Positions 25,872 to 34,704 of a DNA stretch of 38,077 nucleotides are shown here, in pieces. Below the pieces are notes generated by a model, which saw only the letters and a list, made by a program, of their open reading frames with translations, ran no database searches and was not told the DNA's origin. Position 1 is the first letter of the stretch, and the number at the start of each line of letters is the position of its first letter. The translations under genes and the position numbers were made by a program. The stretch spans positions 1 through 38,077 of the forward strand of contig JBGGMJ010000152.1 in the NCBI GenBank assembly GCA_041288095.1, in the 5' to 3' direction. The DNA is from Myxococcota bacterium (GTDB lineage Bacteria > Myxococcota > XYA12-FULL-58-9 > JALHOP01).

Positions 25872-27869
25872 CTAAGGGCCGCCGCCGTCACCGCCGCCGT
25901 CGGTCCCGCCGCAGCCGCCGCCGCAAACGCCGGCGCAGCAAAGGAAGCAACCGTCGGAGCAATTGCACGGCGTGCCGTCGGCGACGTTGCCCCCGCTCGG
26001 GCAATCGTGGCTGACGCCGTTGCAGTAAGCGGCGTTGGTGCACACGCTGCCGGCGTCGCACTGGGTGCCGTTGCGGACGGCGTCGGGACACGCGATCGAC
26101 GATCCGTTACAGCGGTCTTCGAGATCGCACGCCCCGTTCAGAGCACGGCAGATGGTGTTCGCCGGCTTGATGGTGTTGGCGGGGCAGGCGTTCGTCACGC
26201 CGTCGCACAGCGCGTTGGCCTCGCAGAGCTGGCTGCCCGCGCGGCAAACGAAGCCGTTCAGTTGCTTGCCGTCGCCGGGACAGGCGGCTGCGGCACCCGT
26301 GCAGGTCTCCGCACGGTCGCAAGGACCGCCCACGGCGCGACAGGTGAACGTATTGGCGCGGAAGGTGTCCGCTGGACAGGACGGTCCGCTACCGCAAACC
26401 TCCTCCACGTCGCAGACACCAGCGGCGGCGCGACAGAGTTGCCCAGTGCGTAAGGCATCGCTCGGACAAGTCAGGCTCGAGCCCGTGCAGGTCTCGGGCT
26501 GATCACAGTCGCCGGCCGCCGGTCGGCATACCGCGCTCGAAGACGCATACAGGTCGACTGGGCAGACGGGGCTCGCGCCGGTGCACATCTCCGCCGGATC
26601 GCAGGCGCCGAGCGACGGATGGCAAACGGTGGCCGGGGACAGGAAGACGTTCTCGGGACAAAACGGCGTGACGCCGGTGCACGACTCGGCGATGTCACAA
26701 GCCCCGGCGGATGCCCGGCAGACACTTCCCACTTCGAGGAGCGTGTCCGCGGGACAATCGAGACTCACACCATCGCAGCGCTCGGCGACGTCGCACGCTC
26801 CAGCGGACGCACGGCAGATGGCGCCGGCGGCGCGCCCTTCGCAGGCATGGGGCGTCGCGCAATCGGCGCTGCACACGTCGCCACAGCAAAGTTGTCCGTT
26901 TTGGCAGAGCGGCGTCGTCTGGCACTTGCCGTCGACGCACTCGGCGATCTCGCAGGCCGAGCCGCGGCAAGTGTCCGCGTCACAGGGAGGCGGTACGCAA
27001 CCGCTGACCGCGTCGGCGGCCTTGGCGAATGGCTCGCAGGTCGCGGCGCCGCAGGCGCTGTCGTCGGCGATGTTCAGACACCTTCCGGAGACGCAGCGGT
27101 CCTGTGTGCAATCGATGTAGTCATGACATTCGCCATCGACCGCGCATTGCGGCTGCGGAGCGACGCAACCGACGCCCAGTCGGCACACCGTGTCCGTGGT
27201 GCACTGGGTGTCATCTGGTCGCTCGACGCACAAACCATCGACGCAGCTGGTGACGCCGCAGGACGTGATCGGGCCGCAATCGCCGTCGAGGGCGCATTGG
27301 GGGATGCCGCAGCTCGCGAGGTCGAGCGAGCTGCACGAGGCAGGCACGCATCGTCCGCCATGACAGACAGTTGGCTCGGGGCCGCTCGACGGACAGGACA
27401 TGCTGACGCAGACCCGGCTCAGCGCCAGGTTGATCTCGACGTCGGCGATGACGTCGAGCTCCGCGTGCCGCTCCATCACCGGCAAGCCGCCCAAGGTCAG
27501 CGTCACGCTGACGCGCCGCGCGCCGAGCGTCACGTCGTTGAAGACTCCGACCGGCCGGGCCTTGTCGAAGTGCGTCGCCGCGGTCAGCTGAAAGCTCGTC
27601 TCGGCGCCGTCGTCGATGCGCGTGGTGAGGCCGTCGAAGTCGAGCTGGGGAGTGAGATCGCTGATCACGCCGACGGTGATCATGGCCGTGAACGGATTGC
27701 CGCTTCGGAAACGTTGATCGCGCCCTTCGCAGTCGGCGCGACAGGCTCCATCACAACAGATGAGCCCCGCCGAGCAGTTGCCGTCGTTCAGGCACGCGTC
27801 GCCGTCGCTCGCGACCAGCTGGCACGAGGCGAGGCCGCACGCGGCGATGAGCAAGGGGCCGCACCGCAT
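25872..27869 (-). CDS. Cysteine-rich lipoprotein with tandem disintegrin-like repeats
   Basis: Lipobox GLAS-C. Eight repeats plus one degenerate repeat of ~32 aa with CRxxxGxCDxxExCxGxxxxCP (e.g. CRASAGACDVAERCDGVSLDCPAD). Extended -10 TGCTACCCT lies 7 nt before ATG. Confidence 0.82.
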   Translation of the reverse strand: MRCGPLLIAACGLASCQLVASDGDACLNDGNCSAGLICCDGACRADCEGRDQRFRSGNPFTAMITVGVISDLTPQLDFDGLTTRIDDGAETSFQLTAATHFDKARPVGVFNDVTLGARRVSVTLTLGGLPVMERHAELDVIADVEINLALSRVCVSMSCPSSGPEPTVCHGGRCVPASCSSLDLASCGIPQCALDGDCGPITSCGVTSCVDGLCVERPDDTQCTTDTVCRLGVGCVAPQPQCAVDGECHDYIDCTQDRCVSGRCLNIADDSACGAATCEPFAKAADAVSGCVPPPCDADTCRGSACEIAECVDGKCQTTPLCQNGQLCCGDVCSADCATPHACEGRAAGAICRASAGACDVAERCDGVSLDCPADTLLEVGSVCRASAGACDIAESCTGVTPFCPENVFLSPATVCHPSLGACDPAEMCTGASPVCPVDLYASSSAVCRPAAGDCDQPETCTGSSLTCPSDALRTGQLCRAAAGVCDVEEVCGSGPSCPADTFRANTFTCRAVGGPCDRAETCTGAAAACPGDGKQLNGFVCRAGSQLCEANALCDGVTNACPANTIKPANTICRALNGACDLEDRCNGSSIACPDAVRNGTQCDAGSVCTNAAYCNGVSHDCPSGGNVADGTPCNCSDGCFLCCAGVCGGGCGGTDGGGDGGGP

Positions 27870-27921
27870 CCTCGAAAGGGTAGCACAATGTGCGCCCAGC
27901 ACCCCGGCGTTGCGCGGTTTT

Positions 27922-28425
27922 TCAGGCTTCTCGGGTAGTTAGCTTGGCGATGTAGTCGGTCTTCCCGAGGTCGACTCCGTTATGACGGAGGATCGCGTAG
28001 GCCATGGCGATATGGAAGTAGAAGTTCGGCACGGCGAACTCGAGGAGGTAATCGCGACCGCGCAGCACCTTGCCGGGCAGCCACCCGAGCTTCACCTGCC
28101 GATCGTCGGAGCCCGAGAAGTCGGCTTCGCCGAACCCGTCGAGGATACGGACGACGGCGGCGATGCGCGCCTTGAGCTCCTCGATGGTCTTCTCGGTATC
28201 GGCGTGCTTGGGCACTTCCTTGCCGGATAGACGCCCGGCGGCGAGCTTCGCCGAGTCGCACGCGGACTGCACCTGACGGGCGAGCTCGTATTGGTCGGGA
28301 GCGAGGCGCGAGCCGGCGAGCACGTTGACGTCGAACTTACGGGAGGCGGCGTAGGCGATCGCCTTGTCGAGGCAGTGATCGAGCTGGCGGAGGCTGCGAG
28401 CAAACTGGACGATCTGTGCGTACAT
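27922..28425 (-). CDS. DUF1993 family protein (DinB-like four-helix bundle)
   Basis: RLAPDQYELARQVQSACDSAK, PNFYFHIAMAYAILRHNGVDLGKTDY. Confidence 0.9.
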   Translation of the reverse strand: MYAQIVQFARSLRQLDHCLDKAIAYAASRKFDVNVLAGSRLAPDQYELARQVQSACDSAKLAAGRLSGKEVPKHADTEKTIEELKARIAAVVRILDGFGEADFSGSDDRQVKLGWLPGKVLRGRDYLLEFAVPNFYFHIAMAYAILRHNGVDLGKTDYIAKLTTREA

Positions 28426-28489
28426 GCGAAACCCCTTGTGGCGGCGCTTCTCGCATGAAGCCTCGCGCCCAGCAAAGTGGGCCACGAAC

Positions 28490-28516
28490 GCACCTGAGCG
28501 CGGAGCGCGCCGATAA
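28490..28516 (+). promoter_or_regulatory. Sigma28-like promoter candidate
   Basis: GCACC-N14-GCCGATAA; the perfect FliA-type -10 at 28509-28516 lies 14 nt before ATG 28531. Confidence 0.4.
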
Positions 28517-28530
28517 CCCCCGGCCTCCGC

Positions 28531-29055
28531 ATGCGCAGCGTCATCGTCGTTTTCGGCTCGGCCACCTTGCCCAACGGGCAGCCCGGACGGTCACTCACCG
28601 CCCGCCTGCAGCGTGCTTTGCGCGAAGCACGGCTCGATCGCAAAGCGCCCATCGTCGTCTCGGGCGGCCCGGTCCTTGGTCCACCGGAAGCGCGGGTCAT
28701 GCAGCGCTGGCTCGTAACGCGTGGCGTCGCACGCGAGCGCATCGTCGTCGAGGATCAGGCGCTTTTCACGCTCGACAACGTCAGCCGCGTCGCGCCGCTC
28801 ATCGCCGGCCTCAAGGCCGCGCAAGTGAAGCTCGTGACCAGCCCCGCGCACATGCAGCGCAGCAGGACGCTGCTGGAGCGCGAGCTGCGCTGCGTGATCG
28901 GGCATCCAGTGCGGGTGACGGAGCGCCCGTCGCGCGACACCCAAGGCGCGGGTGAGCGTGAGCGAGAGCAACAAAAGTTGGTGCGCGACCTCGCGACCCA
29001 AGCCGCCCGCGGTTGCCGCCCTCAGTCGCCGAAGATTGTCCGCGCCCACGCCTGA
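28531..29055 (+). CDS. YdcF/ElyC/SanA (DUF218) family protein
   Basis: IVVFG, RLQRAL, IVVSGG, PEARVM...GVARERIVVEDQALFTLDN, LVTSPAHMQRS. Confidence 0.88.
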   Translation: MRSVIVVFGSATLPNGQPGRSLTARLQRALREARLDRKAPIVVSGGPVLGPPEARVMQRWLVTRGVARERIVVEDQALFTLDNVSRVAPLIAGLKAAQVKLVTSPAHMQRSRTLLERELRCVIGHPVRVTERPSRDTQGAGEREREQQKLVRDLATQAARGCRPQSPKIVRAHA

Positions 29056-29441
29056 GCCGGCTCGATGAGCACGCAGAGCACGAGCCAAGCCGGCGCATAG
29101 TCGAGCCGGATGAGACCGTGCACCGACCAGCGGCGCACCCCGTAATCCCAGGGACAGCGACCGAGCAAACGCCGCAGCACGTACCCGCTCGTGTACTCGG
29201 CGACGTAGACGGCGCAGAGATAGACGAACAGCCGCAATGCCAGGGGCAGGTCGGAAAGCGCGCGGTAGAGCGATTCCATCAACAGGCCGGCGACGCCGTA
29301 GATGGGATGCATCCACAGCGAGGTCCGCCCCATCGCCGTACGATCGCGGTGGAAAACGATGGCGCAGGCGCCTGTGAAGACGATCTCCACACACCAGCCG
29401 AGCGCTCCGTACAGCAGGAAGTGTGAGAGGAGTGTGACCAT
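29022..29441 (-). CDS. Membrane protein, DUF1113/CmpB/TMEM229-like
   Basis: FLLYGALGWCVEI, GRTSLWMHPIYG, EYTSG, CPWDY, GLIRLDYAPAW. Confidence 0.8.
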   Translation of the reverse strand: MVTLLSHFLLYGALGWCVEIVFTGACAIVFHRDRTAMGRTSLWMHPIYGVAGLLMESLYRALSDLPLALRLFVYLCAVYVAEYTSGYVLRRLLGRCPWDYGVRRWSVHGLIRLDYAPAWLVLCVLIEPAQAWARTIFGD

Positions 29442-29503
29442 GACTTCAGCCGTTCCTCTTTAGATTCTACGCATGCTCCTGTAAGGACGCGAGTCGCGAC
29501 TCA

Positions 29504-30154
29504 ATGGTTCACGACGTTTTTACATTTACGTTACTCGCGTTTTCGGCCGTCTTTTTCGTCGTCGACCCTTTCGCGGTGGTGCCGGTCTTCGTCTCGATGA
29601 CCGAGGGCGACGATGACGCAAAGAAGGCCCGCATGGCCGCCCGCGCCTGCCTGCTTTGCGCTGGAGTTCTGACCTTCTTCGCGTTGGGCGGGGGCGTCAT
29701 TTTCAAGCTCTTGGGCGTCACCTTGGCGGCCTTCAAGGTGGCCGGCGGGGTCCTCCTGATGCTCACCGCGCTGGACATGCTACGGAGTCAGCCCGCAGCC
29801 ACCCGCACCAGCCCACAAGAGGTCGCCGAGGCCGCCCGCAAGCCCGACATCGCCATCGTCCCGCTCGGCATGCCGCTCCTCGCCGGCCCCGGCTCCATCG
29901 CCACCGTCATGGTCCTCGCGGGCAGGTCGCAGCGCTGGTGGGAGCTCATTCCCATCGTGCTCTCGATCATCATCACCGCGTTCATCTCGTATTTGGTGTT
30001 GCGCGCGGCAACCCGGGTGGATCGCTACATGGGGCACACTGGCCGCGCGATCCTCGAGCGCACCATTGGCCTCTTGCTGGCGGCGCTCGCGGTGCAGTTC
30101 ATCATCGACGGTTGGCGCGAGGCCTTTCCGGCGGTGGTCGCGGGCGGCGCATGA
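29504..30154 (+). CDS. MarC family membrane protein
   Basis: FFVVDPFAVVPVF, AFKVAGGVLL, IAIVPLGMPLLAGPGSIATV, GLLLAALAVQFIIDG. Confidence 0.92.
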   Translation: MVHDVFTFTLLAFSAVFFVVDPFAVVPVFVSMTEGDDDAKKARMAARACLLCAGVLTFFALGGGVIFKLLGVTLAAFKVAGGVLLMLTALDMLRSQPAATRTSPQEVAEAARKPDIAIVPLGMPLLAGPGSIATVMVLAGRSQRWWELIPIVLSIIITAFISYLVLRAATRVDRYMGHTGRAILERTIGLLLAALAVQFIIDGWREAFPAVVAGGA

Positions 30155-30984
30155 ACGAGCCGTTCTACCGGGGCTGGCGCAAGCCCGGGCCGATTCCTCC
30201 GAGCGTGGGTGAGGCCGGCGAAGGTGAAACACTCGACGCGGTCAGCGGCCATTTTCGCCTCTTCCAGCTCCGCGATGGCCACCGCTTCTCGACCGACGAC
30301 GTGCTGGCGGCTTTCTATGGCACCGCCTGGTGTCCGTCCGCGCGGACGATCCTCGATCTCGGCAGCGGCATCGGCTCGGTCGCGACCATCGCGGCGTGGC
30401 GCTGCCCAGGGGCACGGCTGGTCACCGTCGAGGCGCAAGCCGAGAGCGTCGCGCTGGCACGCAAATCAATCCGCTACAACGGACTCGAAGACCGCTACGA
30501 GATCCGCGAAGGCGATATTCGTGACGCCTCGCTGTTCCGCGACGACGAGGTCTTCGATCTGGTGTTGGGCAGTCCGCCCTACTTCGCCATGGACGCGGGC
30601 AGCCACGGCGACCATCCCCAGAAGATCGCTTGTCGCTTCGAGATGCGGGGCACGGTCGCGGACTACGCCATGGCGGCGGTGAAGCGCCTGGCCCCAGGCG
30701 GGCTCTTTGCCTGTGTCTTCCCGGTGCAGCCCGACTTCCAGCGTGAGCGCGTGCTCGCGGCGGCGCGCGACGCCGGTCTCGTCATCGTCCGCGATCGCGA
30801 CGTGGTGTTCAAAGAAGGCGAGCCGCCCCTCGTCGGCCTCTTCGGCATGATGCGAGCCGATGATCTACCAGACTGGTTCCGCGCCCAGACCTGGCACGAA
30901 CCGCCGCTGGTCATCCGCCGCCGTGACGGCAGCGTGCATCCCGAATACTCCGCCGTGAAGCTCGCCTTCGGATTTCCGCCGTGA
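30151..30984 (+). CDS. SAM-dependent methyltransferase, tRNA1(Val) m6A37 (TrmN6/YfiC)-like
   Basis: Q..DGHRFSTDDVL, LDLGSGIG, VEAQ, SPPYF, ACRFE. ATGA overlap with marC. Confidence 0.8.
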   Translation: MNEPFYRGWRKPGPIPPSVGEAGEGETLDAVSGHFRLFQLRDGHRFSTDDVLAAFYGTAWCPSARTILDLGSGIGSVATIAAWRCPGARLVTVEAQAESVALARKSIRYNGLEDRYEIREGDIRDASLFRDDEVFDLVLGSPPYFAMDAGSHGDHPQKIACRFEMRGTVADYAMAAVKRLAPGGLFACVFPVQPDFQRERVLAAARDAGLVIVRDRDVVFKEGEPPLVGLFGMMRADDLPDWFRAQTWHEPPLVIRRRDGSVHPEYSAVKLAFGFPP

Positions 30985-32804
30985 GCGCGGTCGTCACCGT
31001 TCAGAACCTCTCGAAGGCTTTCGGCATTCACGAGGTGCTCCGCGACGTGTCGCTCGCCGTCGACGAGCAGGATCGCGTCGCCATCGTCGGCGTCAACGGC
31101 TCCGGCAAATCGACGTTGCTCAGGATCATCGCGCGCGCGCTCGACGCCGACGATACGAGCGAGCTCGACGTCGCCGACGCGGGCGTCATCACCAAGCGGC
31201 AAGGCGCGAGCTTCGTCTACGTCGCGCAGGAGCCGCGACTCACCTCGAACCTGTCGGTGATGGCGACGCTGCTCACCAGCGGCGCCGAGCGCCATGCCTG
31301 CGAAGCCATGGCCGATTCGTTGCACCTTCGCGACGTGAATCAAGCCGTCGGAACGCTGTCCTTGGGTGAGCGCCGCCGTGTCGCCCTGGGCTGTGCGCTA
31401 TTGCGTGCACCCGACATCCTCGCGCTCGACGAGCCGACGAACCATCTCGATGCCCGCACCATCGATTGGCTCGAAGGCCGGTTGAAAGCGCACCGCGGCG
31501 CCATCCTCTTCGTCAGCCACGACCGCTACTTCTTGGATCGCGTGGCGACGCGCATCGCCGAGCTCGACCGCGGCCGCTTCTACGCCTACGGCCCGGGCTA
31601 CGCCGACTTCCTCGAGAAGCAAGCGGAGCGCTTCGCCAACGCCAGCGAGCGCGAGCGCATCCGCCGGTCATTCGTGCGGCGTGAGATCGAGTGGATCCGC
31701 CGCGGCCCGGCGGCACGCACCACGAAGCAGCAAGCGCGCATCGATCGTTTCGACTCCGCGGTGAAACAAGGCGGCGACAACGCCCTGCTCGTCCAAGACG
31801 ACCGCGGCGTGAAGCTCGTGCTGCCGCCGGGTCCGCGCCTGGGCAAGACCATCCTCGAGCTCGACCATCTCGGCATCGACGACGCCGACGGGAGCGCTTT
31901 GGTCCGCGACCTCACGCTCGTCATGAAGGCCGGTGATCGCATCGGTATCGTCGGCGCCAATGGCGCCGGCAAGACGACGCTGGTGCGCGGCATCCTCGGC
32001 GAGCGTGAGCCGCAGCGCGGCAAGGTGACCGTCGGGCAGAACACGCGCTTCGCGTATCTCGATCAGGGACGCGCCGACCTCGACGACGAGAAGAGCGTCC
32101 TGGAAGAAGTCGCGGAAGGCAGCGAATACGTCCAGCTCCCCAACGACCGCATTCACGTGCGCACGTTCCTGCGCATGTTCCTCTTCGACGACCGCTTCGC
32201 CGATACGCCCATCGGCAAGCTCTCGGGTGGCGAGCGCAATCGCGTCCAGCTCACCAAGCTTTTGCGGCGCGGTGGCAACGTCCTGGTGCTCGACGAGCCG
32301 ACGAACGATCTCGACCTGATGACCTTGGCGGTGCTCGAGGAAGCGTTGGTCGATTTTGCCGGCTGTGCGCTGGTGGTCTCACACGACCGCTGGTTCCTGG
32401 ACCGCATCGCCACCGGCATCCTGGCCTTCGAGGGCAACGGCGAGGTCGGCTTCTACGAAGGCAACTACAGCGACTATCTCGCGAAGAAGCCCGCGTCCGC
32501 CGCCGTCCGCGCGAGCGGTACGAAGGCGGCGCCGGAGCCGGCGCAAGGCCAGACGCAGCAAAGCAAGAAGGCCAAGAAGCTGTCCTACAAGGAGCAGCGC
32601 GAGCTCGACGGCATGGAGACGGCCATCGCGGCGGCGGAAGCGAAGACGGCCGAGCTGGAGGCCAAGCTCTCGGCGCCTGACCTCTACACGGCGGGCGGCG
32701 CCGACGTGACCACCATGGTCTCCCAGCTCGAAACCGCGCGAGCGGACGTGGAGCGGCTCTACGCGCGCTGGCAAGAGCTCGAGTCGCTGGTCGCCCAGCT
32801 CTAG
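30981..32804 (+). CDS. uup: ABC-F ATPase, Uup-like
   Basis: Two ABC domains (GVNGSGKST/LDEPTNHLD; GANGAGKTT/LSGGE/LDEPTNDLD), WIRRGPAARTTK linker, C-terminal KKLSYKEQREL...RWQELE coiled coil. Confidence 0.9.
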   Translation: MSAVVTVQNLSKAFGIHEVLRDVSLAVDEQDRVAIVGVNGSGKSTLLRIIARALDADDTSELDVADAGVITKRQGASFVYVAQEPRLTSNLSVMATLLTSGAERHACEAMADSLHLRDVNQAVGTLSLGERRRVALGCALLRAPDILALDEPTNHLDARTIDWLEGRLKAHRGAILFVSHDRYFLDRVATRIAELDRGRFYAYGPGYADFLEKQAERFANASERERIRRSFVRREIEWIRRGPAARTTKQQARIDRFDSAVKQGGDNALLVQDDRGVKLVLPPGPRLGKTILELDHLGIDDADGSALVRDLTLVMKAGDRIGIVGANGAGKTTLVRGILGEREPQRGKVTVGQNTRFAYLDQGRADLDDEKSVLEEVAEGSEYVQLPNDRIHVRTFLRMFLFDDRFADTPIGKLSGGERNRVQLTKLLRRGGNVLVLDEPTNDLDLMTLAVLEEALVDFAGCALVVSHDRWFLDRIATGILAFEGNGEVGFYEGNYSDYLAKKPASAAVRASGTKAAPEPAQGQTQQSKKAKKLSYKEQRELDGMETAIAAAEAKTAELEAKLSAPDLYTAGGADVTTMVSQLETARADVERLYARWQELESLVAQL

Positions 32805-32822
32805 CTGGGCTAGCATCGCCGG

Positions 32823-33707
32823 ATGTCCCCTTGGGTCTCCGACCGCCGCAACAGCCCGCCTCCCCCACAAGCAGCCGCACCGAACCTCGCCAATGCCACG
32901 CGCGAGCGTGTCACCCTGGTGATGAGCCAAGCTCAAGCCGTGTCGTCGTCGGCCCTGACGCTGACCGCCATGGTGCAACAGCTGCCCGACGCGACCCGTG
33001 AGACCGCCACGCAAGCCAGCTCGGTCGCCCACGCCAGCAATCAGGTGCAGGCAGCGGTCGAGACCGTCGCCGCGGCGAGCGAAGAGCTCTCCGCGAGCAT
33101 CACGGAGATCGCGCGTAACGCCATCAACGCCGCCCAGGTCGCCCAACAAGCCGTCGATGTCGCGCAGCGCACCAACGACACCATCCAACGCTTGGCCGCC
33201 GCGAGCATCGAGATCGGCAAGGTGGTGAAGATCATCAACGGCATCGCCGCGCAGACGAACTTGCTGGCGCTCAACGCCACCATCGAGGCGGCTCGTGCCG
33301 GCGAGGTCGGCAAGGGCTTCGCCGTCGTCGCCAACGAAGTAAAGGAGCTCGCCAAAGAGACGGCGCGTGCCACCGAGGACATCAGCAGCAAGATCGTCGC
33401 CATCCAGAACAACACCAACGACGCCACTGCCGCGATGGGCGAGATCGGCCGCATCATCCAGCAGGTGAACCTCATCCAAAACACCATCGCGACCGCCGTC
33501 GAGGAGCAGTCGCTCACCACCAGCGAGATCGCCCGCAGCGTCAACGACGCCTCCGGCGGCATCGAGGACATCGCCAAAATGGCTAGCAGCGTCGCTGAGG
33601 CCTCGGGCCATGTCGCGACTGGGGCCGTTGCCGTGCAGACCTCGGCGCAAGACCTGGCGCGGCTGGCGGCCGAGCTGGGGAGCCTCGCGCGCGACCTGGA
33701 CGCCTAA
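32823..33707 (+). CDS. Soluble methyl-accepting chemotaxis protein (signalling domain only)
   Basis: [37 protein letters not shown], methylation helices ASEELSAS and AVEEQS. No TM segment. Confidence 0.9.
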   Translation: MSPWVSDRRNSPPPPQAAAPNLANATRERVTLVMSQAQAVSSSALTLTAMVQQLPDATRETATQASSVAHASNQVQAAVETVAAASEELSASITEIARNAINAAQVAQQAVDVAQRTNDTIQRLAAASIEIGKVVKIINGIAAQTNLLALNATIEAARAGEVGKGFAVVANEVKELAKETARATEDISSKIVAIQNNTNDATAAMGEIGRIIQQVNLIQNTIATAVEEQSLTTSEIARSVNDASGGIEDIAKMASSVAEASGHVATGAVAVQTSAQDLARLAAELGSLARDLDA

Positions 33708-33778
33708 AATGCGTCATCTTGTCCGGCACCTAGCGAAGTCTTGCCAAGTGGGTCACGCAAGTATTACCTGACCCCCAA

Positions 33779-34696
33779 ATGCTGAAGAACAAAGCCGACC
33801 TGCGCACCCTTGCCTTCATGGTGGTGATCACCGGGCTGCTCATCTACCAGTGGTCGCTGCCCGCGATGTCGTGGCCGCTCTTCTTGTTCGCGAACTGGAT
33901 GGCCGTGTCGGTCGCGGTCATGGCGCACAACCACAACCACGTGCGCATGTGGCGCAACGACACGCTGAACATGATCAGCGACTACTGGATCACCTGCTTC
34001 TACGGCTATCCGGTGTTCGCGTGGATCCCGACGCACAACACCAACCATCACAAGCACAACAACCGCATCCCCGATTACACGATCACGTATCGCGTCACCG
34101 AGGGTAACAACCTGTTCTCGCTGCTCACGTATCCGACCGTCAGCGGCTACTACCAGCAAGAGCCGAACCGCCGCTTCATGCGCGAGACCTTCCGCAAGAA
34201 CAAGAAGCGCTTCGCCCACTACATGGCGCAGTTCGTAATCCTCGTCGCGTTCATCGGCGTGGGCCTGCTCATCGACTGGAAGAAGGCGCTGCTCTACATC
34301 GTCATCCCGCAGCAATTCGCGCTCTTCATGGTGCTGGTCTTCAACTACATCCAGCATGTTCACGCCGACGAGGAGTCGGAGACCAACCACTCGCGTAACT
34401 TCACCGGCGCCATCGTCAACTTCTTCTGGTTCAACAACGGCTACCACACGGTTCACCACGACATGCCGGGCCGCCACTGGAGCGAGAACAAGAAGGCGCA
34501 CGAGGCGGTCGCCCAAACCATCGATCCGGCGCTCAACGAGAAGAACTGGGCTTGGTACATGCTGCGCGCCTACGTCTTGGGCCTCGTCATTCCGCCGCTC
34601 CGCACCCGGTCGATGCGTTTGGCGCGCCTGGCGCGTAAGGGTGACGGGACGCCGGTGGCACAGTCCGTGGTCGCCGACGTCGCGCCTGCCGTCTAG
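33779..34696 (+). CDS. Membrane fatty acid desaturase family protein
   Basis: His boxes HNHNH, HNTNHH, YIQH and NNGYHTVHH, with TM segments. Confidence 0.9.
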   Translation: MLKNKADLRTLAFMVVITGLLIYQWSLPAMSWPLFLFANWMAVSVAVMAHNHNHVRMWRNDTLNMISDYWITCFYGYPVFAWIPTHNTNHHKHNNRIPDYTITYRVTEGNNLFSLLTYPTVSGYYQQEPNRRFMRETFRKNKKRFAHYMAQFVILVAFIGVGLLIDWKKALLYIVIPQQFALFMVLVFNYIQHVHADEESETNHSRNFTGAIVNFFWFNNGYHTVHHDMPGRHWSENKKAHEAVAQTIDPALNEKNWAWYMLRAYVLGLVIPPLRTRSMRLARLARKGDGTPVAQSVVADVAPAV

Positions 34697-34704
34697 ACGG
34701 CGAC

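Noticed and set aside
25990..26840. CRISPR-like or DNA-level tandem repeat
   Set aside because: The ~96-nt periodicity is protein-level (disintegrin-like repeats) with degenerate codons; there are no identical direct repeats with spacers and no cas genes.
33700..33746. Possible enhancer pair upstream of the desaturase (ACGCC-TAAAA-TGCGT and a weak site 31 bp away)
   Set aside because: Attractive for an O2-using enzyme, but the second site is poor, the first overlaps the MCP stop, and no GG-N10-GC lies before ATG 33779.
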